DNA from: a bacterium
GTDB lineage: Bacteria; Zhuqueibacterota; Zhuqueibacteria; Residuimicrobiales; Krinioviventaceae
Length of the DNA: 64,000 bases
Assembly (NCBI GenBank): GCA_963675755.2
Contig: CAXXMD010000003.1
Coordinates: 960,001 to 1,024,000 of the forward strand
Direction: 5' to 3'
Shown here: positions 58,541-64,000 of the stretch, piece by piece
Position numbering within the stretch: position 1 is the first letter of the stretch
Layout: each line of letters opens with the position of its first letter
Made by a program: the position numbers and the translations under genes
The notes under the pieces: model-generated
The model's input: the letters and a program-made list of their open reading frames with translations, nothing else
What the model was told of the DNA's origin: nothing
Databases searched by the model: none

Positions 58541-59500
58541 TTATTTCATGCTCAAACTTGGGTAAACAATATTAAATCTCTTTTTATAATACCATTTTGA
58601 AAAATAGAATACAAATACAATTAATACCAGATACAGTGGGAAACGATAACAAATAACCAACGAAAGAAACAATGCAGCGAATTTATTGGTAGTGAGTATA
58701 TGTTTGACTGACTGGTTCAGGGTTGTAAAAATAAAAAATGGCAAAATCAACAGCGTGGGAATTAAAACAATAATATCGCGAGTCAATAGTCCAAAGACAA
58801 TGGCAATAACATCAGAAATCAATCCACCCCATATTGCTGCCTTGGCACCATATTTTACCGCAACCGTTATCTTTTCAGAGGCTTTATCACCCTCTATGTC
58901 GGGTATAGTGGTGTAAAAATAGACTGCCATCATGCCCAGAATATAGGGAGCACCGTAATATATCATATTCCATTGTGGCTGACCTTGTATCATCCATCCA
59001 AAAGAAAACACAATGAATCCACCAAAAAAATTGGGCAAAAATCCACCAATGGGTTTGTTTTTCATGACCAATGGTTTGCAGCTATACATCCAACCCATTA
59101 TAATATAGGCCAATATCATTACAACCGCCAATGGCCAATAAACAAACGCCAAAATCCCGATTGGCAAAACAGTCAACAAGATCGTTTCAATATAGGCGTT
59201 TACCAGTTTGATATCACCATTTGCAATGAGAAACAACTTTTTATTTAACCGGTCAGTTTCTACATCTTCAATTTGGTTTACAAGAAAAACCGCTCCCATC
59301 AAAAGCGTAAATAATCCCAGATATACAAAAACGGAAATATCAAAATCCGCAATCACAACCAGCCTTGCTGGTTGTGATGCAGATAATATATCGAAACGAT
59401 TCTGTGCCCATACACCGGCAAGCGCAATTGTCCAAACCGGAAAAAACAATGTCGGACGTAATACAAAAATATAGTCCAGAAATTTCAAACCCTTATTCAT
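58541..59500 (-). CDS. UbiA-superfamily prenyltransferase
   Basis: Start at MNKGL; LRP, NQIEDVETDRLN (NxxxDxxxD) and PDIEGD motifs; multi-TM. Confidence 0.88.
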   Translation of the reverse strand: MNKGLKFLDYIFVLRPTLFFPVWTIALAGVWAQNRFDILSASQPARLVVIADFDISVFVYLGLFTLLMGAVFLVNQIEDVETDRLNKKLFLIANGDIKLVNAYIETILLTVLPIGILAFVYWPLAVVMILAYIIMGWMYSCKPLVMKNKPIGGFLPNFFGGFIVFSFGWMIQGQPQWNMIYYGAPYILGMMAVYFYTTIPDIEGDKASEKITVAVKYGAKAAIWGGLISDVIAIVFGLLTRDIIVLIPTLLILPFFIFTTLNQSVKHILTTNKFAALFLSLVICYRFPLYLVLIVFVFYFSKWYYKKRFNIVYPSLSMK

Positions 59501-59549
59501 AAAAAACCACCAGTACGGGGGCCCCCGCATTTATGTAAAGATACTGTTA

Positions 59550-60977
59550 TCAGGAATTTTTTGACTGCTTTACAGATTCATGTTGAAACTTGCCTATTTT
59601 TTCCTCAATAGGAATGGGATAATCTCCCGTAAAGCAAGCAGTACAAAATCCATTTTCAGGAGAAACTGAACTCATCAATCCTTCTTTTGACAAATAGTGA
59701 ATACTGTCGCATCCCAGGTATTCACCAATTTCCTGAACGGATCTGTTATTAGCAATCAACTCTTCTTTACTTGGAAAATCCATACCATAAAAACAGGGTG
59801 AAGTTATAGGGGGTGAACTGACCCGAATATGCACTTCTTTGGCACCAGCCTGACGAATCAATTTCACCAACTGACGAAGTGTTGTTCCACGGACAATAGA
59901 GTCTTCAACCACAACAACGCGCCTGCCCTGTAAAATACCGCGGACTGCATTGAATTTTATACGAACGCTGAAATCTCGCATATTTTGTTTAGGGTGAATA
60001 AAGGTCCTGCCTATATAATGATTACGGATGAGGCCCAGCTCAAATTTAATATTTGATCTGCGAGAAAATCCCACAGCAGCGGTATTGCTCGAGTCCGGAA
60101 CAGAAATTACAATATCCGCTTCTGTTGGCAGCTCTAACGCCAAATTTTTTCCGAGTTTTCTACGGACCTTGTCCACATTTTCATTAAAGATCATACTATC
60201 GGGTCTGGAAAAATAGATAAATTCGAATATACAAGAATGTTTTTTCTTGCCCATATTGACTTTATGAGAAACCAACCCTTCGGCACTAATTTCTATCAAT
60301 TCACCGGGTTCGACATCTCGAATATATTCAGCTCTCACAATATCCAAAGCACAGGTTTCTGAAACAACAAACCAGGCATTACCTTTTTTGCCAATACACA
60401 AGGGCCTGACACCATGAGGATCGCGGGTAGCAAAGATACGATCTTTGGTCAACATGATCAATGAAAATGCTCCGTGGATCTGGTTCAATGCATCAATAAC
60501 CTTGGCGGAAAACTTTCTTTTTTTTGATCGAGCAATCAAGTGTGCAACAACTTCAGTATCTGTAGTGGTCTGAAAAATAGATCCTTCTTGTTCAAGACTT
60601 TCTCTCAAACCACCTGAATTTGTAAAATTCCCATTATGGCTTATTGCCAAAGGACCATCTTTACCGGTAAGCAGCAAAGGTTGGGCATTGATTAAATGGG
60701 TTGAACCTGTTGTGGAATATCGATTGTGCCCAATAGCAATATGCCCTTGAAGGTAATCAAAAATTTTCGGATCAGAATACACATCTGAAACCAATCCCTG
60801 GGCCACATGACGTCTTACTTGTTCACCGTCACTGCTTACAATACCCGAGCTCTCTTGTCCTCTATGCTGTAATGCATATAATCCCAGGTAACTGTAATGT
60901 GCCGCGTTTTTATCTCCAAAAACTCCAACAATACCACAGTTGGATTCTGGCTTGTCTAATTCTCTTTGTTGATTCAT
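59550..60977 (-). CDS. purF: Amidophosphoribosyltransferase
   Basis: Propeptide then CGIVG; LQHRGQES, GHNRYST, EDSIVRGTT and CTACFTG motifs. Confidence 0.98.
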   Translation of the reverse strand: MNQQRELDKPESNCGIVGVFGDKNAAHYSYLGLYALQHRGQESSGIVSSDGEQVRRHVAQGLVSDVYSDPKIFDYLQGHIAIGHNRYSTTGSTHLINAQPLLLTGKDGPLAISHNGNFTNSGGLRESLEQEGSIFQTTTDTEVVAHLIARSKKRKFSAKVIDALNQIHGAFSLIMLTKDRIFATRDPHGVRPLCIGKKGNAWFVVSETCALDIVRAEYIRDVEPGELIEISAEGLVSHKVNMGKKKHSCIFEFIYFSRPDSMIFNENVDKVRRKLGKNLALELPTEADIVISVPDSSNTAAVGFSRRSNIKFELGLIRNHYIGRTFIHPKQNMRDFSVRIKFNAVRGILQGRRVVVVEDSIVRGTTLRQLVKLIRQAGAKEVHIRVSSPPITSPCFYGMDFPSKEELIANNRSVQEIGEYLGCDSIHYLSKEGLMSSVSPENGFCTACFTGDYPIPIEEKIGKFQHESVKQSKNS

Positions 60978-60983
60978 ATGGTT

Positions 60984-61343
60984 TTACTCTACATTGTTTA
61001 ATATAATAAGGCCAATTGTGATACCGGCACAATCTGCAACTAAATCCTTGTAACTAAAATATCGCTTCCTGATTGTGCCGTCATATATTTCTTTAAAAAG
61101 TCCTAATGAAAATGAGAATCCTACTGCCACTCTTTTAGAGGAATGGGTAGAAAATGACAACTCTTCTTTTGCAACATAATTTCCCAAAGCCACCAGATAG
61201 GCACTGGTAATAAAATGGTGGGCTTTATCTGAGGCAAACCAACGATCCTGCATCGAGGTTTGCAAAGAATCGGGATTTGTACTCGTTTCGCAATACCCCG
61301 CCGAAACAACAAAAAGCAGAAATATTGCTAAATAACGTGACAT
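60984..61343 (-). CDS. YfiM/DUF2279-like small membrane protein
   Basis: DRWFASDKAHHF, KEIYD and FSYKDLVAD motifs. Confidence 0.75.
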   Translation of the reverse strand: MSRYLAIFLLFVVSAGYCETSTNPDSLQTSMQDRWFASDKAHHFITSAYLVALGNYVAKEELSFSTHSSKRVAVGFSFSLGLFKEIYDGTIRKRYFSYKDLVADCAGITIGLIILNNVE

Positions 61344-61344
61344 T

Positions 61345-62718
61345 TTAAAAATAATCTCGCGTTGCTAAAATATAAACAAAAATCATGAGTATTGCAACCG
61401 GGCAAATAAAGCGAATTAAAAATGACCACGCAGATTTAAAATAAAAATGGTTGTTTTCCTTTTCAACTTCACCAAAAACCGATTTGACGCCCCATTTATA
61501 GGCAACAAAAACGGATATTAACAATGCACCCAGTGTAAGCGAATAATTTCCCAGAATTACATTGGCAAGATCCAGAAAACCCATTTTAAACAAGGGTAAA
61601 CTCGACAACCACTTGGAGGCTCCTGTGGATAGTGCTGAGGGAATGCCCAACACAAACGACAACAAACCCAAAATCACGACCGCTTTGGTGCGTGTCCATT
61701 TCCATTCATCAACAACAAAAGAAACAGCCACTTCAAGTAACGATATGGTAGAAGTTAATGCGGCAACACTCAATAATAAAAAGAAACCGGCACCAAAAAT
61801 GTATCCACCTGGAATTTTTGCAAAAATTGAAGGCAATAATACAAAAACAAGACCCGGGCCACCATCAGGGCTCAGTCCCATTGCAAACAATGCTGGAAAT
61901 GTCATCAATCCTGCAATTACAGCAATCAGTGTATCAAACAAACAGACATAGCCGGCAGAGATAATCAAATTCTCTTTTTTTGAAATATAACTTCCATAGG
62001 TAATCATGGCACCCATACCCAGGCTAAGTGAAAACAATGCCTGCCCCAAAGCGCGGCCCACTGTTCCTGCGGTTATCTTGGAGAAATCCGGTTTGAGATA
62101 AAAAGAGAGTCCTTCACCCGCTCCCGGCAAGGTTACTGAACGGATAGTCAACAAAACCAACAGAACAAATAAAACCGGCATTAAAATTTTAGCAGCTTTT
62201 TCAATTCCATTAGACACACCACGCATCACAACCAGGATATTAATCACCAGAAACACAAACAGATAAACGATAACGGTTACGGGTTCTTTGACAAAATTAT
62301 TAAAAATAGATACAGATTCATTGGCAGAGGTTAGCTGGTTAAGATCTCCCATCAATGCTTTAACAAAATACCCAACGGTCCAGCCTGCTATCACAGAATA
62401 ATAAGAAAGAATACCAATACCGGTTATTACTCCCAGCACACCCACAAAAACCCAAAAGGTTTTTGGCGCAAGGGCTTTATAAGCTCCAACAGGATTTCGT
62501 TGCGTTGTTCTTCCCACAGCAAGTTCGGCAATCATGACCGGTGCGCCAATCAATATTACAAATGCAATATATAATAAAACAAACGCAGCACCGCCATTCT
62601 GGCCGGTTACATAGGGAAAACGCCAAATGTTTCCCAATCCAATTGCGGATCCCGCTGCTGCTAATACAAAACCAAAGCGGGAACCCCAGGCCCCTCGTTC
62701 CTGTGATGATTGTAACAC
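61345..62718 (-). CDS. Sodium-dependent transporter (SNF/NSS family)
   Basis: WGSRFGFVLAAAGSAIGLGNIWRFPY, QALFSLSLG and GPGLVF motifs. Confidence 0.96.
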   Translation of the reverse strand: MLQSSQERGAWGSRFGFVLAAAGSAIGLGNIWRFPYVTGQNGGAAFVLLYIAFVILIGAPVMIAELAVGRTTQRNPVGAYKALAPKTFWVFVGVLGVITGIGILSYYSVIAGWTVGYFVKALMGDLNQLTSANESVSIFNNFVKEPVTVIVYLFVFLVINILVVMRGVSNGIEKAAKILMPVLFVLLVLLTIRSVTLPGAGEGLSFYLKPDFSKITAGTVGRALGQALFSLSLGMGAMITYGSYISKKENLIISAGYVCLFDTLIAVIAGLMTFPALFAMGLSPDGGPGLVFVLLPSIFAKIPGGYIFGAGFFLLLSVAALTSTISLLEVAVSFVVDEWKWTRTKAVVILGLLSFVLGIPSALSTGASKWLSSLPLFKMGFLDLANVILGNYSLTLGALLISVFVAYKWGVKSVFGEVEKENNHFYFKSAWSFLIRFICPVAILMIFVYILATRDYF

Positions 62719-62745
62719 CTATACCTCCATGACTTTCAAATCTTG

Positions 62746-63255
62746 TTAAAACGGAATTGCCAGAGTAAACTGGTATACAGCATATCGATTATTAGCATAA
62801 ATATCTTGTTCATGTTTCATTTGCATACTAACATTTGGGCTGTCATCAAAATCAGCAAGATGTGCATCTACAAATGCATCGGTCACACTATATAATACTA
62901 CACCAGCCAGCCACCAAATTGCCAGGCTTCGGTTTTCACGGTAAAATTCTTTGTCATAATAATAATCAGACTCTTGTGCCCATTGATTCTGCACAATAGC
63001 GTCAATGACTAATCCGACTTCAGTACCACCAATAACCAATCCTTTGAACCACTTTCCATTATAAAACTGCCCTCCTCCCGGAAGAACCAAAGATCGGAGC
63101 ATAGCTCCGCGGGGAGAGCGTGACATTAGTGTATCCTGCACAACAGATACACTATCTGCAGTTAAGGAATCAGTTGAAGTAATGGTCAGCGTTTGTGCAG
63201 AAGAAATTAAGGGGGAAATGACAAACACTATCAAAATCAGAAAGAGCTGTTTCAT
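62746..63255 (-). CDS. DUF5683-domain protein
   Basis: Start at MKQLF; PRGAMLRSLVLPGGGQFYN and DAFVDAHL motifs. Confidence 0.8.
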   Translation of the reverse strand: MKQLFLILIVFVISPLISSAQTLTITSTDSLTADSVSVVQDTLMSRSPRGAMLRSLVLPGGGQFYNGKWFKGLVIGGTEVGLVIDAIVQNQWAQESDYYYDKEFYRENRSLAIWWLAGVVLYSVTDAFVDAHLADFDDSPNVSMQMKHEQDIYANNRYAVYQFTLAIPF

Positions 63256-63259
63256 CACG

Positions 63260-63649
63260 CTAACCGGCCACCTCGGCAATCGCTTCAATCTCAACAAGTC
63301 CATTTGCAGGAATTTTTCCAGCCTGTAAGGCCAATCTGGCTGGTGGCTCTGTTGGGAAAAAATCAGAATATACAGCATTCATAGCTGCAAAATCTTCAAT
63401 TCTTTGCAGAAAAATAGTTACCTTTAAAACATGATCCATATCTGATCCGGCTGCCAGCAATATTTGTTTAATATTTTCCATGGCCTGACGGGTTTGGTCT
63501 CCCACATTATCTGAAACCAACACACCACTTTTCGGATCAAAACCCAATTGACCTGCGACAAAAATCAGCCCGGCTTTTTCAGATACAACTGCCTGACTAT
63601 AATGCGCCTGAGGCATTGGGGCGTTTTCAGTACTTATAATTTTTTTCAT
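63260..63649 (-). CDS. RidA/YjgF family reactive-intermediate deaminase
   Basis: YSQAV, FVAGQ, FAAMNAVY, PPAR and VEIEAIA motifs. Confidence 0.93.
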   Translation of the reverse strand: MKKIISTENAPMPQAHYSQAVVSEKAGLIFVAGQLGFDPKSGVLVSDNVGDQTRQAMENIKQILLAAGSDMDHVLKVTIFLQRIEDFAAMNAVYSDFFPTEPPARLALQAGKIPANGLVEIEAIAEVAG

Positions 63650-63653
63650 TTAA

Positions 63654-63998
63654 TTATCCCGGTTTGTTAGGTTGATAATAATGTAAAAACAGTTCCCATT
63701 TTTTTGAATGTTCCAAATCTTTATCAGCCAGGAGATCTTGAATAGATATTTCTGCCAGCACTTGTTTTTCTTTATCAACAAGCTGAACGCCTTCTTCCAT
63801 AATATTCAAAATTTTATCCAGCTTTATTTTCTTCAAAGCGTTTATATATTTGGTTTCAAATTTGGTTCCGGCATCGTTATCTATCAGCTGCATCACCTTT
63901 TGAAAATCCATTCGGTCTCTGTAATGACGTCGTGAGGTCAAGGCATCAAACACATCCGCAACGGATATGACTTTGCTTAATTCTGGTATCTCATTTCC
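63654..63998 (-). CDS. HD-GYP domain protein (C-terminal part; 5' end outside window)
   Basis: Frame open to the window edge: GNEIPELSKVISVADVFDALTSRRHYR...GTKF. Confidence 0.8.
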   Translation of the reverse strand, partial: GNEIPELSKVISVADVFDALTSRRHYRDRMDFQKVMQLIDNDAGTKFETKYINALKKIKLDKILNIMEEGVQLVDKEKQVLAEISIQDLLADKDLEHSKKWELFLHYYQPNKPG

Positions 63999-64000
63999 AC

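Noticed and set aside
63256-63378. N-terminal extension of ORF 62746..63378 overlapping ridA
   Set aside because: The signal peptide starts at Met 63255; the extension is an artefact of an upstream in-frame start.

Overview
Gene-dense bacterial chromosome segment, most likely from an FCB-superphylum lineage such as KSB1, Calditrichota or Ignavibacteria. This is an inference from two proteins ending in a 'QNYPNPFNP' FlgD-Ig/T9SS-like C-terminal domain plus GWxTD, DUF5683 and DUF5916 proteins. The left third (~1-21 kb) is an accessory, mostly + strand region of secreted enzymes and lipoproteins: an M4 peptidase, MBL, SGNH esterase, Tat beta-propeller, sulfatase, DUF1593, GH95 and BNR-4. It is peppered with several families of short palindromic repeats. 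The right two-thirds is mainly - strand housekeeping: purA, secDF, selA, pdxST, PBP1A, mreB, purHN, rimO, ftsY and purF. No rRNA, tRNA, CRISPR array or transposase was recognised. Best candidates for undescribed biology: (1) an archaeal-style lipid cassette (UbiA prenyltransferase, 2[4Fe-4S] ferredoxin, DGGGPL-type geranylgeranyl reductase, CDP-alcohol phosphotransferase) inside a core operon; (2) a three-gene surface module behind a sigma-54 promoter with tandem enhancer-like palindromes, where a six-repeat helical protein and an outer-membrane barrel appear to share a helical unit and flank a large repeat surface protein; (3) a JAB-domain DinG helicase coupled to a beta-CASP nuclease; (4) an emfourin-like lipoprotein in front of an M4 protease with a CRP-like box at -41.5. 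All family calls come from motif recognition by eye; no database search was run.
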